Below the pieces are notes generated by a model. That model was not told where the DNA came from. It made no database searches and saw only the letters and a list, made by a program, of their open reading frames with translations. A stretch of 62,981 nucleotides of DNA, filler included, from Octopus bimaculoides (taxonomy: Eukaryota): NCBI RefSeq assembly GCF_001194135.2. It is 7 parts of 5 records of this genome, joined end to end, with 100 filler letters (N's around TTAATTAATTAA, not from the genome) between each part and the next. Parts side by side here need not be neighbours in the genome. Positions count along the whole stretch, not along the records: positions 28,597 to 39,905 come from NC_068981.1; positions 40,006 to 54,683 come from NC_068988.1; 5 more parts are not named here. One strand, given 5' to 3'. A program made the translations under genes and the position numbers. Positions 35,745 to 49,944 of the stretch are shown piece by piece; positions within the stretch are counted from its first letter, which is position 1; the number at the start of each line of letters is the position of its first letter.

Positions 35745-37254
35745 TGATATAAACTCTGTCATTCACATGACCTCTTTAAACTTAGCTCTAAGTGTACGTC
35801 TATGAATGTTTGTAGGTTTTAAAACTTAACCAATTTCTTAGTTTTATAACAATGTCATCTCATGACGTTTTAATCGGAATATTATAGTCGATTACATAGT
35901 ATACAATATCTAACTGGAACATATCTTACCAATAGCGTGGCTATGATAAACTGATGATTTTTTTAGAGATTTGAACTTAAAACCTAACAGGCTTCAACTA
36001 CATTTTGTAAATAACTTTTGCTGTCCCTTTAAAAAATCTGTCTGAAATGGTAAGGAGTAAAAGTAATTTAATTTCATTTTGGTTACATATATTTCCTCTT
36101 CACTTTTTGAAACAAAATAGTGTTTACTTAAATAAATCTTTCCAGTGTTATTGCTTTCAATGACCTCTCTACTTTCCATTATATTTGTAGAAATTAATAC
36201 TTACAAATGTATTAAACGTTTGCTGTGACTGAACTGAAAAGCGTCTTAGCCGAAAATTCTAATCTGAAATACAATCAATAAACCATTTGATCTTTCCAGC
36301 GGTTTCGCACTTATAATAAGCACTGACACTAGAGGCAAATTGAGATTAATAATCATTTGAACTATGCTCGGATCACAGAATGCAAAGATGGCTGCCACAT
36401 GGGACATACACGTGCAGAACACCTGTGCCAGGAAAATAAATTAAAAATCAAGATATTCAAATCCAAGATAACCAGATCAATAATTTTAATATGTATTTAA
36501 TCAATTTCATCAGCACAAAAATGTTATCATCTTCGAAAAGCTGTCTGTAAAATAGGCTTTTGTCAATCAAAGATATTCCACAATATAAAAAGTGTTTACA
36601 CATGAGGACTAACTATATATTACTTTGATGCATCGTAAAGTTTTTAAATGATAAGTGTATCGATATAGCTTGACATAAAATTCATTGCAAACTTCTATGT
36701 AGAGCTTAAACGTATCATTCACGGAGTTATTAGAAGATATAGAATGTGAGACTGTTCAGGTGATTTCGGAAAAGAAATATCCATGCGTAGTAAGAGAGAC
36801 ATGTGTATACCTACAAATTACTTTGAAGTTACCATTTTACTTTTCTCTCAATGGAAAAGGGACAAAAGTTACCTTTTGAAAAGCAAAATACATGAAAAGT
36901 AATTTCCGAGCTGAATATTCAGAAAGAACGTACGTTTCAAAGATATCAATTAAATGTTGAGATTTCATATGATGTATATAAGTAGATGTTCTTAGCGACT
37001 GAATATTTTATACATTTATTACCAGATATGCATACCTAAATGCATACACTCTGCCATACATACGCACACATATACGCACACTCGCATAAGCGTACACATA
37101 CACGCACACGCACGCGCATACGCGCACACACATGTGTGCGTGCGTATATATATATATATATATATATATAATTGAAATTTACAGAAAAAACAAAATACGA
37201 AGACAGGTGTATGAACAACAAGCAGGGAAACAGAACAAGCTCGGGAAACTGAGA

Positions 37255-37292
37255 AAGTCTTACGTTTCGAGCCTACGCTCTTCAACAGAAAG
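37255..37292 (-). ncRNA. Degenerate minimal hammerhead-ribozyme-like motif of Penelope pseudo-LTR type
   Basis: Minus strand CTGTTGA-a-GAGC-gtag-GCTC-GAAA-C-GTA: stem II, the GAAA core and a palindromic ACGT stem III are present, but A6 is replaced by U and stem I is only about 3 bp. Confidence 0.4.
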
Positions 37293-38689
37293 GAATAAGA
37301 GAAAATAAACAGAGACTAAAACAGAGACTAAAACTCGTGTGGATTTAGTGATCAAGCATGGTGACTGGTTAAGAAAGAAAGGTTTGACAGGAGAGGTAGA
37401 AAGAAGAAGAGATAATAGTGTATTGGTGACCCCAAAGGAAGGTATGTATATATATCTATGTTAGTGTGTCTTTAGATTTGTGATTGTATCCACCTTCGGT
37501 TGGAAGCCTGTAGTGCAGGCCCTTGCGCTTGTATTTGTTCCCCACGCTCACCTCTTAACATCTGGTGTTCAGTTCTTTACGCATCCACAATTTCGATGTT
37601 CTGTAAAAATTCACCAATAACATAAGCGCCAGCCTTTAAAAATTGTGCTGAGGTGGATGTGTCAGACTAAAACACTCCTGCGCAGTCCACAAGCTTGACT
37701 GCACTCCGATAATGGAAACAATGATAAAACAAAATAGACAGATAGATTAGATAGACAGAGAAATAGATAGATAGATAGATAGACAGATAGATAGATAGAT
37801 AGATAGATAGATAGGATGGAGGGGGTTGAGGGGGAAACAGGGGATGAATATATATGCGTGTATATATATGTGTGTGTATATATATATGTGTGTATGACTA
37901 TATATATATATATGTACACACAGGCTGACAGATAGCTAGACAGGTAGCTAGATTGGTAGCTTGATATGTGTATGTATATGCATATACACCTATGTGTATG
38001 TGTGTGTGAGAGAGAGAGAGAGATAGACCGACAGACAGACAGATATATACATACCCACTTATATTTGGACCTACATATATACTTCAAATGTACACTAATT
38101 CAATGTTATACAAGATTACTCGAACACATAAGAATCTTAATGAAAAAGTCAAAAGTCAATGCACTGTAAAATTAAAATGTAAACAAATCAAATTAAATAT
38201 CACAGAATTAAATATCACAAATAAGCAAGAGGCAAAGCTCTGTTAGAAACAAAACTTGAGAGCTAAATCCAAAAGCTCAATAGAGATGTTGGAAGGATAA
38301 ATGCAACCACAGAAAAGAAGATGAGGGAAAATGAGGACGCGCTGCAGAAAAAGTACATTTGACACAAAGCAAACAAGTTCCAAAAGCACATTTGATACAA
38401 AGATAACTGAAGGAAATAGAAGGCGAAAAGGGAAATCAAAGTAGGTGTGGATGTGTGTTTAGAAGTTTGCTTCCCAACCACATGTTTCCAAGTTTAGTTC
38501 CTGAGGCAGATGTCTACTATTATAGTTAATTACAGACTTGCTTTGGTATTTATCTTTCTCTGGAAGTTATTAACGTGCCCCCAAATGGATGAAGTATATA
38601 ACCTTTTCGCAAGCATGAGGATGCAGCATGAACTCAAGGAAATGCTGAACTGCTGTATATTGGTAGCAGGATATAGATTTAGGAATGAG

Positions 38690-39360
38690 TAAAACAATAT
38701 GAATTTATCTATTGGTTGGGTAGACCACAAACATGATTACGGCAGTGTTCCAGCCTGCTGTTTCTTGGAGCACCTCAGGATGCTCATAATCAATGAAAGG
38801 ATAAGCAACTTCTTTGGAAAATGTAAGAGTAGGAAGTAGAACTATCATGCAAAAAGGAATCGTTAGGAAATGTGAAAATGCCCAGTCGGTTATTCAAGGC
38901 TAGTTGCACTCTTCATCATTTTTCGTCATAGCATTGAACATTCTACGAAAAAATATAAATCTGCCAAAACCAAGATGAAAATAATTCACCTGTTTATAAA
39001 AGATAGCTTTCAAAAGTATGCAAAAAGGGAAAAAAGACCTGGATTCACTAACCAAAAGAGAAATCTAGGATTTTGCTAAATCTAATCCGTTTGGGATAAA
39101 TAAGTGTGGAGTGCTAATCAAGAATAAAAAATAAAAAGTTAAACTTTGATGATATAAAGTTGCCACGAAACAATATATTTAGATCTCTCAGAAATCATGA
39201 TGAATACATGTACTTGGAGATGATAGGACAACGGAAGGAGAAATGAGAGAGGAAATTTCTAATGAGTAATTTGGAAGGCGCTCGAACCAGAATTAAGTGG
39301 GGGGGGGGGAATATTATGAAGGCAATGACGTGGGTCAAAGTAGTTATATATTACAGCAAC
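38690..39360 (+). pseudogene. Highly decayed R4-clade reverse transcriptase fragment
   Basis: NLSIGWVDHKHDYGSVP (cf. WIDYKKAYDSVP), IIHLFIKDSFQKYAK (cf. HLLFMDDLKLYAK), FGINKC, and a PELSGGNI..A..W-like segment; many frameshifts. Confidence 0.55.
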
Positions 39361-39905
39361 CCTCTTCAAATCAAAAACTGAGGTACAGATATTAATAGAA
39401 TAATTAGGAAGATGTTTATCACGCACAATCCTCCGGAAGTAACTGTCTGTTTGAGGTTACATAACTTTATAGAGAGTCAATTAAACGATCCAGTGTCATT
39501 AAGATCATCACTGTGCTAATGAAGGACTATTACAAATGATAAAAAAACATTTCTACTATAAGCACAAGAACTGATATTTTGTGGTAGTGAACGAGGAAGC
39601 AGCGGTGATTACCGTTTCACTCCATATTCATCAAAAATTCCCGAACGTGTTAAGTAGGCCCTGAACAACGGATAAGTTTAATATCCTGCGTTTATTCACA
39701 TATATGTGCACATGTAAATGTGCAGAGATATGTACAAGCAAAGAAATATACGTCTGTGTGTGCGCGTGCTTGTATAGATGTAGAAATGCATGTATATATC
39801 TTTATATACATATAGAAGCAAAATATGTATCATGTTATGCTTGTGTTGATAAATACAATGGGCATCTGTCTATGCATTTATATTTGTATATATATATATA
39901 TATAT

Positions 39906-40005
39906 NNNNNNNNNNNNNNNNNNNNNNNNNNNNNNNNNNNNNNNNNNNNTTAATTAATTAANNNNNNNNNNNNNNNNNNNNNNNNNNNNNNNNNNNNNNN
40001 NNNNN
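39906..40005. other. Artificial assembly spacer
   Basis: Motif at 39950-39961, 44 N on each side. Confidence 0.95.
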
Positions 40006-40058
<53 letters not shown>

Positions 40059-41253
40059 GTGTGTGTGTGTGAGTGTGTGTGTATGTGTGTGCTAGTATGT
40101 GCGTGTGCGTTTTGTGTTTGTATTTGTCCTCCAACCATCGTTTGACAATGGTTGCTGGTGTTTGCGTCCCCGTAACCAACAGTTCGACAAAAAGAAACTG
40201 ATAGAATAAGTAGACCGACTTTTAAAACAAATATACTGGGATCGATCCATTTGACCAAAAATTCTTCGAGGCGGTGACCCCGCATGACCGCAGTCTAGTG
40301 ACTGAAAGATGTAAAACATTAGAGAGAGAGAGAGAGAGAGATCCATACTTATACATATATGTGTGTATGCGTTTTCTTAACATATATCATGATATCTAAC
40401 TCTTGTCGTTAAACAGATGCGGGATAAACATTCACCTGGAAGCTTAACAAGTCATACTAAAGTAAAAAATCCCTGTTGATCTGCTACAAATGATATAAGC
40501 AGGTGAAATGACGTAATGTCGAATAAGGTGTACTGCAACAAGACAGCAAAATACAGGCAGTGGATTTTAACGTAGTATCTATGAACAAGTATGTCTCGAT
40601 GTTTAAGAGGGTAGCTTCTAAACTACTTGTTTCTGGGCTCGATACTCATGTGCTGACCCTTCGATGTGTCATCTATAATAGACTTTCATCAAACAGTGAC
40701 TTATGACAGGTAGCAGATAGAAGCTGAGAGAAAGATTATCGTGTGTACGTGTGTGTGTCTGCACATGCTCACATCCACACACACTTGTATTGTTTGAAGA
40801 ATACCAACCAAGATGAAACCAGTCATCCTTGTTAAGCATTAAACAAACTAATTGTTTCAATAAAATTCCCATTCTCCATGTTATCTGCACCGAGTTCTCT
40901 TTTTCTTAAAAGCACGGCGATGCAGCACGGAATTTTGACAGTGATCAGGTCGCGGTCTCAAAGCGACGAGAATATTTCGGCGAATTAATTTAAATGTTGA
41001 AGTGAATCTAACGGTTTTGTGTGCTTCTAAATGGTTAATAAACATCTTCCACGCTGCAATTATTTTAGTTTCAGCACACGATCTCAGATCAAATCACTTG
41101 CTTCGCAAGTACATCTCCGTAAACTAGCATTAAGCATGTGTAATACTCAGTATTACATATATGTGTGTAACTGTGTGCTTGTTTGTAGGTGTGTATGTGT
41201 GTATATGTGTGAGTGTATATGTTTATGTGTGTGTGTGCGCATTTGTGCTTATT

Positions 41254-41291
<38 letters not shown>

Positions 41292-42314
41292 TCTTTTATT
41301 CTTTTCTTTGTTTCAGTCATTTGACTACGGCCATGCTGGAGCACCGCCTCGAAGGGTTTTAGTCGACCAAATCGGCACCAGGACTTATATATTTTAAAGC
41401 CTAGTACTTATTCTATCGGACTCTTTTTACCGAACCGGTAAGTTACGGAGACATAAACAACACCGGTTGTCAAGCGGTGATGGGGGAGGACAAACACATA
41501 CACACGACGGGCTTCTTTCAGCTTCCCTCCTCCAAATCGACTCACAAGGCTTTGGTCAGCCCGAGGTTACAGTTGAAGACACTTGCGCAAGGTGCAGTAG
41601 GACTGAACCTGGGACCATGAGGTTGGCAAGCAAGCTTCTTACCACACAGTCACGCCTGCGCTTATATAGTAATAATAATAATAATAATTGATAAGAAAAG
41701 AACGAGACTTCGATATTAGGTAAATAGAGGATATTTATATGTGTTTAGTTTAGGACAATCAGTTACTTGTCATAATAGCACTCAAAGAATGCATCATAGC
41801 TCTTAGCTCCGGCATTTGAAACTCTGAGTACTATTATGATAACTCACTGATTGTCCTAAACTATACATCTCTCTCTCTCTCTCCCCTCTCTCCCTATGTG
41901 TATATGTATATANNNNNNNNNNNNNNNNNNNNNNNNNNNNNNNNNNNNNNNNNNNNNNNNNNNNNNNNNNNNNNNNNNNNNNNNNNNNNNNNNNNNNNNN
42001 NNNNNNNNNNNNNNNNNNNNNNNNNNNNNNNNNNNNNNNNNNNNNNNNNNNNNNNNNNNNNNNNNNNNNNNNNNNNNNNNNNNNNNNNNNNNNNNNNNNN
42101 NNNNNNNNNNNNNNNNNNNNNNNNNNNNNNNNNNNNNNNNNNNNNNNNNNNNNNNNNNNNNNNNNNNNNNNNNNNNNNNNNNNNNNNNNNNNNNNNNNNN
42201 NNNNNNNNNNNNNNNNNNNNNNNNNNNNNNNNNNNNNNNNNNNNNNNNNNNNNNNNNNNNNNNNNNNNNNNNNNNNNNNNNNNNNNNNNNNNNNNNNNNN
42301 NNNNNNNNNNNNNN

Positions 42315-42372
<58 letters not shown>

Positions 42373-43099
42373 CGTATATATAATGTGTGCATATATATGT
42401 GTGTGTATATATATATATATATGTATATATACACACACAACACACAAACATGCATATATATATAAATAAATAAATATGGAGCGAAACACAAATGCGTGTG
42501 GAAGTGAGGAGAGGGCAGAGTGCGTATGTATTTCAATAGTCCCTAGCAACGACATGAACATTTATCAATAACAACTGTCAGTCCCATTTTAATGATTGTT
42601 GGCTGCGTTGGCTGTGTTTTACATCTGTCACGTGGTACTTGAAGCTATATTTACATTTATTTATGTGGGATTTCACTATATTTGATATTGTTCCATAAGT
42701 GTCACAGTAAAAGAGATTGTAAATACTAAGCGTTAGACATTCACATTTCATATAAAGACATACATATATATGCACACACGTATGTGTGTGTATGTGTACA
42801 TACGTAAACATCTGTGTGTTGCTCTATATATAAAGTTGCGTACACACATGCGCATATATATATATGTATATATGCATATACACGTGTATATCTGTGTATA
42901 TATACATGCAGTATCCTCTTACCGATCCATTGATGTTGATTTTGCTGTTACTTAGATGAACATGACCTTAGTTGTTTCGGCCCCACTAGATCGGTAAGAA
43001 GTAGACCCTCTAGTACAACTTCTATGGCCAGGGAGACCCCTGGAGAGAGAGGGAACGGGTGGACCAGAGCTATACGGACCCCCGAAAACGATGGTGGGT

Positions 43100-43477
43100 G
43101 CGAGTACCAAGATCAAACGATATATGCCTAAGAGGAAGGTGCAGCCAACGGTCTCAGTATCACTGGTGATGTAGATAACCTATTTATGGTATGGTGGGAT
43201 AGGAGACTCAAAGAGAAATTAGTAGAGAACTCCATAGCCCTAACCATGTACTCCCGCTATGTGTGTGATATCAACATAGTAGCCAAAGCACCCCCGCAAG
43301 ATAATGTCGATGATCTAGAAGCTAACACTATGGAGGGCGTCCAGCAAATAGCTAACTCCAAAGTATCAAAGTAGCGATAGACTACCCTAACAAGCACCCC
43401 AACTATAGGCTACAAGTTTTAGACACGGAACTCTGGTTAGAAACCAAGAACAATAAGGTCCAGATCCCTCACTCCCA
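43100..43477 (+). pseudogene. Penelope-like element reverse transcriptase fragment
   Basis: GLSITGDVDNLFMVWWDR...MYSRYVCDINIV (a decayed YVDD) and DYPNKHP..LQVLDTELW are typical PLE RT blocks. Confidence 0.7.
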
Positions 43478-43535
<58 letters not shown>

Positions 43536-45588
43536 NNNNNNNNNNNNNNNNNNNNNNNNNNNNNNNNNNNNNNNNNNNNNNNNNNNNNNNNNNNNNNNNN
43601 NNNNNNNNNNNNNNNNNNNNNNNNNNNNNNNNNNNNNNNNNNNNNNNNNNNNNNNNNNNNNNNNNNNNNNNNNNNNNNNNNNNNNNNNNNNNNNNNNNNN
43701 NNNNNNNNNNNNNNNNNNNNNNNNNNNNNNNNNNNNNNNNNNNNNNNNNNNNNNNNNNNNNNNNNNNNNNNNNNNNNNNNNNNNNNNNNNNNNNNNNNNN
43801 NNNNNNNNNNNNNNNNNNNNNNNNNNNNNNNNNNNNNNNNNNNNNNNNNNNNNNNNNNNNNNNNNNNNNNNNNNNNNNNNNNNNNNNAATTGAATGAAAT
43901 AACATTCAAAGTAATATTAGAATCAAATTTTTGAACAAAGCCAGGAATTTCGGGGGAGGGGCTAAGTCGATTACATAGATCTCAATGCTCAACTTGTACC
44001 TATTTTATCAACCCCGAAAATTTGGATTCAGCGCGTGAAGACGGACGAAATGTCGTTAAGCATTTTACCCGGATCGCAACGGATTCTGCCAGCTCGCAGC
44101 CTCAAAATTCAAAAATATATTTGCTTCAAATTTTAGCACAAGGCCAACAGTATCGTGTAATGGGGCAAGCCGACTTTGTTGCCTCATAACTTCCAGAAAA
44201 ATGGATACTTTTTAACGAAACGTCCAGTAAATAATCGTTTATATCCTGTAGATTGAGTGTGTGTAAAAATTTGTTGGAAAATAATATTCCGATGTGTTGG
44301 TGAAAGGAGTTTCGTAAAATTCGCAGGACCAGACATTTTCCCCCTCATAACTTTCTGGAAAATGGGTATTTTCTCCTTGACAGGTGAAAGACATTTCCCG
44401 CTGTCTTTGCAAGCAACAAGCAGATGGATTTGGTTTCAAATCCAGGCAGGGTCAAACGTGGTCCTACAAGTTATTTATAGTAATGAGTGGCGTTATATCG
44501 GAGTTGAAAGAATGACGTATACAATATTCAATATGCGAAGACAATCTGAAAACAATAGAAACTTTTAAACGTTTACGAGTTTTTATGAATTTTTTGGCTA
44601 AATGTAACGCAAGACAATAAGTCCGATAATGATTTTCGAAGTTAACTTAAGAGTTAGATCGTTAACGAAAATGTTAACTTCGTTAATTAGCGATTAACAG
44701 ATTAACGGACTTACGCCCTGCGGTGTGTGCGCGCGTCTATACATACATACATACATACATATATATATATNNNNNNNNNNNNNNNNNNNNNNNNNNNNNN
44801 NNNNNNNNNNNNNNNNNNNNNNNNNNNNNNNNNNNNNNNNNNNNNNNNNNNNNNNNNNNNNNNNNNNNNNNNNNNNNNNNNNNNNNNNNNNNNNNNNNNN
44901 NNNNNNNNNNNNNNNNNNNNNNNNNNNNNNNNNNNNNNNNNNNNNNNNNNNNNNNNNNNNNNNNNNNNNNNNNNNNNNNNNNNNNNNNNNNNNNNNNNNN
45001 NNNNNNNNNNNNNNNNNNNNNNNNNNNNNNNNNNNNNNNNNNNNNNNNNNNNNNNNNNNNNNNNNNNNNNNNNNNNNNNNNNNNNNNNNNNNNNNNNNNN
45101 NNNNNNNNNNNNNNNNNNNNNNNNNNNNNNNNNNNNNNNNNNNNNNNNNNNNNNNNNNNNNNNNNNNNNNNNNNNNNNNNNNNNNNNNNNNNNNNNNNNN
45201 NNNNNNNNNNNNNNNNNNNNNNNNNNNNNNNNNNNNNNNNNNNNNNNNNNNNNNNNNNNNNNNNNNNNNNNNNNNNNNNNNNNNNNNNNNNNNNNNNNNN
45301 NNNNNNNNNNNNNNNNNNNNNNNNNNNNNNNNNNNNNNNNNNNNNNNNNNNNNNNNNNNNNNNNNNNNNNNNNNNNNNNNNNNNNNNNNNNNNNNNNNNN
45401 NNNNNNNNNNNNNNNNNNNNNNNNNNNNNNNNNNNNNNNNNNNNNNNNNNNNNNNNNNNNNNNNNNNNNNNNNNNNNNNNNNNNNNNNNNNNNNNNNNNN
45501 NNNNNNNNNNNNNNNNNNNNNNNNNNNNNNNNNNNNNNNNNNNNNNNNNNNNNNNNNNNNNNNNNNNNNNNNNNNNNNNNNNNNNNNN

Positions 45589-45639
<51 letters not shown>

Positions 45640-46779
45640 TATGAACACAAAGATACACATATGCACATAAAATAAACGTACGTTTACATACTTGATTGCG
45701 TGGATGTGTACATAAGCATATAACCAAATACAGATACATTTCACGCTTACAAACGCCTACATATCTACACATATATAAGCAAATACCATCAGTTTATATA
45801 ATCATATATATTCCCTTATGCAACCAGTTAATGTACTATCTCTTTGTATAAATAAATCTGCCAGGTCTTTTGTACATGTACTGTATGTGCATGCCTTCTT
45901 TGTATATATCAATATCAACATACATATCCACATGCACATTTACGTATAAACGTATGCACATACACACACGCCCACAGAAAAGCATATTTACACCACCCCA
46001 CACACACTCACACACAAAGAGGAACCTATAACCACTCACAAAAACCACATATGTTAACACTCATACGTTGACATGAGCACAGATTTATAGACTCAGATAT
46101 TCCGTTAGATGGAGATATAAGGGATTATATAAAGCGCTGAAATTTAATAATAGCATGTTTTATCATTCCTGTTCGCTTATATTTATCATATTTTTTGTAA
46201 TTTCTTCATGCTTTATCTTTTACTTGTTTACAATTATATTTATTTTTTCATTTTTCTAATTTAGTTTGAGTTACGTCTTTCTATTTCCAAGATCGCCTAC
46301 GCTGGTAGACTTAATAACAAATGATGTGTAACAAATAATGGTGTAATTGAAACATGACTTAGTTGTAAAACTCAGAGTGTTAATAGAGGGTAATATCAGT
46401 ACAATGTATGTGTAAATATGTGTGTCTGTATGCGCGTGCGCGCATGTATACTCGAAATTAGGATCAAATTTTGAGAACTCGTAACAAGCAGAACGAATAG
46501 AAAATAACAAAATGCTACTTTTCATCAGCTGCCTGTCTTGGGATTATCTAGGTTTCGATACCTAAGGACAAAACCACTAACTCAATCTCGATTTGTGAAC
46601 TACCATCGAATAAGCTTTTAAGGATTGATACACAGGTAACGAGATACAAAAGTCACAAAAAATATGTAGTTTAATCTTAGCGACTCGAATTGAGAAATTA
46701 CGAATGAAACGAAAATATATATTTGGAAGAGAAAATAAAAATCAAAGCAACATAAGAGGGGGTGTAATAAAATAGAATA

Positions 46780-47135
46780 TAAGATTAGATGCAAGTTCGA
46801 ACGTGCTTCGGCAAATTAAAAGACTAGGATACAAGAGAGATGCATACATACATACATACATACATGCATACATACATACATACATACATACATACATACA
46901 TACGTACATTCATAAGGCTGANNNNNNNNNNATACATACATACATACATACATACATACATACGTACATTCATAAGGCTGATAACATCATAAGACTTGGA
47001 AGGCAGCTCCTTGACCAACACTCTTTGTCTGATAACCAAGAATACATGCCCAAAGAAATCGCACGTCTCTACTGAAACGTATCATCAGATGAAAGAATGA
47101 GCCTATATGAGCAGAAGACAATGCATGGATATGCT
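46780..47135 (+). mobile_element. Decayed non-LTR RT C-terminal fragment split by (ATAC)n
   Basis: VLRQIKRLGYKR...ERMSLYEQKTMHGY resembles the R4-type region ending in K-x-(L/M)-H-G; weak match. Confidence 0.35.
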
Positions 47136-47852
47136 AGTAGAAAGCTCCGTGATGATAGTAACATCGATCATCAAAGCAGTAAATCCTGTTAAAGACTAGA
47201 AGCGTATTTTCAGTTTTCGCTTCCTTCATAAATGTGTGTGTAAGTATATAATATTTATAAATACACATACACAGGCATACGTCTCTATATATACGAATAA
47301 GTATACGAGTTTGGATGTATGTGCATATATATATATATANNNNNNNNNNNNNNNNNNNNNNNNNNNNNNNNNNNNNNNNNNNNNNNNNNNNNNNNNNNNN
47401 NNNNNNNNNNNNNNNNNNNNNNNNNNNNNNNNNNNNNNNNNNNNNNNNNNNNNNNNNNNNNNNNNNNNNNNNNNNNNNNNNNNNNNNNNNNNNNNNNNNN
47501 NNNNNNNNNNNNNNNNNNNNNNNNNNNNNNNNNNNNNNNNNNNNNNNNNNNNNNNNNNNNNNNNNNNNNNNNNNNNNNNNNNNNNNNNNNNNNNNNNNNN
47601 NNNNNNNNNNNNNNNNNNNNNNNNNNNNNNNNNNNNNNNNNNNNNNNNNNNNNNNNNNNNNNNNNNNNNNNNNNNNNNNNNNNNNNNNNNNNNNNNNNNN
47701 NNNNNNNNNNNNNNNNNNNNNNNNNNNNNNNNNNNNNNNNNNNNNNNNNNNNNNNNNNNNNNNNNNNNNNNNNNNNNNNNNNNNNNNNNNNNNNNNNNNN
47801 NNNNNNNNNNNNNNNNNNNNNNNNNNNNNNNNNNNNNNNNNNNNNNNNNNNN

Positions 47853-47887
<35 letters not shown>

Positions 47888-48504
47888 TTATGTGTCTGTG
47901 TTTGTCCCCCCAAACATCGCTTCACAACCGCTACTGGTGTGTTTACGTCCCCGTAACCTGGCGATTCGGCAAAAGCGACCAATAGAATAAGTACAAGGCT
48001 TACAAAGAATAAGTCCTGGGGTCGATTTGCGCGACTAAAGGCGGTGCTGCAGCATGGCCGCAATCAAATGACTGAAACAAATAAAAGGATAAAGGATGTG
48101 TGTGTGTGTATATTTATGTATGTGTGCGTGTGTGTGTAAGGATGGATGGCTGAGTGTAATTTATCTATTTATGTTCACACACACAAACATGAATATATTT
48201 GTATATATACATATATAAATGTATACTCGCACACACATATATGCACACATGCACAATGGTACACGCTCAAACGCTCACTAATAACTCTCTCTCTCTGCTA
48301 TTCACTACGAAGTGTACGGAACTGGGCGTTGTCCATACCTGTCGTCATTCTCCTCACCAAACTTATCGTTATCCCCACCCTCATCATCATCATCATCATC
48401 ATCATCAGCTGCGGCAGAGCATTGGCACTAGCTGTGAAGGTAGAAGCGGAAGCAACGTTATTCTCATCGTTGCTTGTAATAAGAGTACATATTTACATAT
48501 CTAC

Positions 48505-48555
<51 letters not shown>

Positions 48556-49269
48556 NNNNNNNNNNNNNNNNNNNNNNNNNNNNNNNNNNNNNNNNNNNNN
48601 NNNNNNNNNNNNNNNNNNNNNNNNNNNNNNNNNNNNNNNNNNNNNNNNNNNNNNNNNNNNNNNNNNNNNNNNNNNNNNNNNNNNNNNNNNNNNNNNNNNN
48701 NNNNNNNNNNNNNNNNNNNNNNNNNNNNNNNNNNNNNNNNNNNNNNNNNNNNNNNNNNNNNNNNNNNNNNNNNNNNNNNNNNNNNNNNNNNNNNNNNNNN
48801 NNNNNNNNNNNNNNNNNNNNNNNNNNNNNNNNNNNNNNNNNNNNNNNNNNNNNNNNNNNNNNNNNNNNNNNNNNNNNNNNNNNNNNNNNNNNNNNNNNNN
48901 NNNNNNNNNNNNNNNNNNNNNNNNNNNNNNNNNNNNNNNNNNNNNNNNNNNNNNNNNNNNNNNNNNNNNNNNNNNNNNNNNNNNNNNNNNNNNNNNNNNN
49001 NNNNNNNNNNNNNNNNNNNNNNNNNNNNNNNNNNNNNNNNNNNNNNNNNNNNNNNNNNNNNNNNNNNNNNNNNNNNNNNNNNNNNNNNNNNNNNNNNNNN
49101 NNNNNNNNNNNNNNNNNNNNNNNNNNNNNNNNNNNNNNNNNNNNNNNNNNNNNNNNNNNNNNNNNNNNNNNNNNNNNNNNNNNNNNNNNNNNNNNNNNNN
49201 NNNNNNNNNNNNNNNNNNNNNNNNNNNNNNNNNNNNNNNNNNNNNNNNNNNNNNNNNNNNNNNNNNNNN

Positions 49270-49683
49270 TGTCAGTTGTTTGACCTTAACCAGTTGAGCA
49301 TGTCCCTTAGTGGCTGACGGTATCTGCATTCCTGATCACGAGCAGAGGTAGTGGGGGTGCATCAAAACAATGTATTGAAAGGAATTCTTTGAGGCTTGAA
49401 TAATCCACCTCTGGAAACATAGTTGTTTTGCTCATCAACCTTAAACCTTATTCAGGGACCGTTTGAGCTGGATGGGCTACTCAGCCTGAAGCAAATTCTA
49501 ACAGAGCCTCACCTGCAAGGTCATGCGCTGTTTATCTTGATATAAGATCACAATGTCGCGCAAATATGATCGTGATGCAAGTGCCTGGTGTACCCTTATC
49601 AGACGGGTAGTCGTGATGGGTATATTGGGCTTCGTATATTTTACCCCGGTGTCACTTTGATAGCATGCGCTGCTCTCTCACAC

Positions 49684-49685
<2 letters not shown>
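49270..49685 (+). mobile_element. Non-coding retroposon 3' fragment ending in (AAT)n (family X)
   Basis: Same sequence near 8365-8525, 25140-25471 and 50652-51135. Variable 5' ends; the latter two share the 3' end gctctctcactc-aataat. Confidence 0.7.
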
Positions 49686-49729
<44 letters not shown>

Positions 49730-49769
49730 GTAGTAGTAGTAGTAGTAGAAGTAATGATAATAATAATAA

Positions 49770-49836
<67 letters not shown>

Positions 49837-49881
49837 GGTAGTAGTAGTAGTAGTAGTTGTTGTTGTAATAATATTATTATT

Positions 49882-49921
<40 letters not shown>

Positions 49922-49935
49922 GTAATAGTAGTAGT
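49686..49935. repeat. Compound (AAT)/(TAG)/(TGG) microsatellite
   Basis: Read directly. A similar (CAC)/(CAT)/(TAC)/(GAT)/(TAG) mosaic lies at 54910-55308. Confidence 0.95.
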
Positions 49936-49944
49936 AACAAATGA

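Noticed and set aside
28597-39905. Search for the missing first GST exons (YFxxRGRAE) here and the last exon (TLAD) in 12020-15911
   Set aside because: No matching exon seen by eye on the minus strand; these segments are separate contigs.
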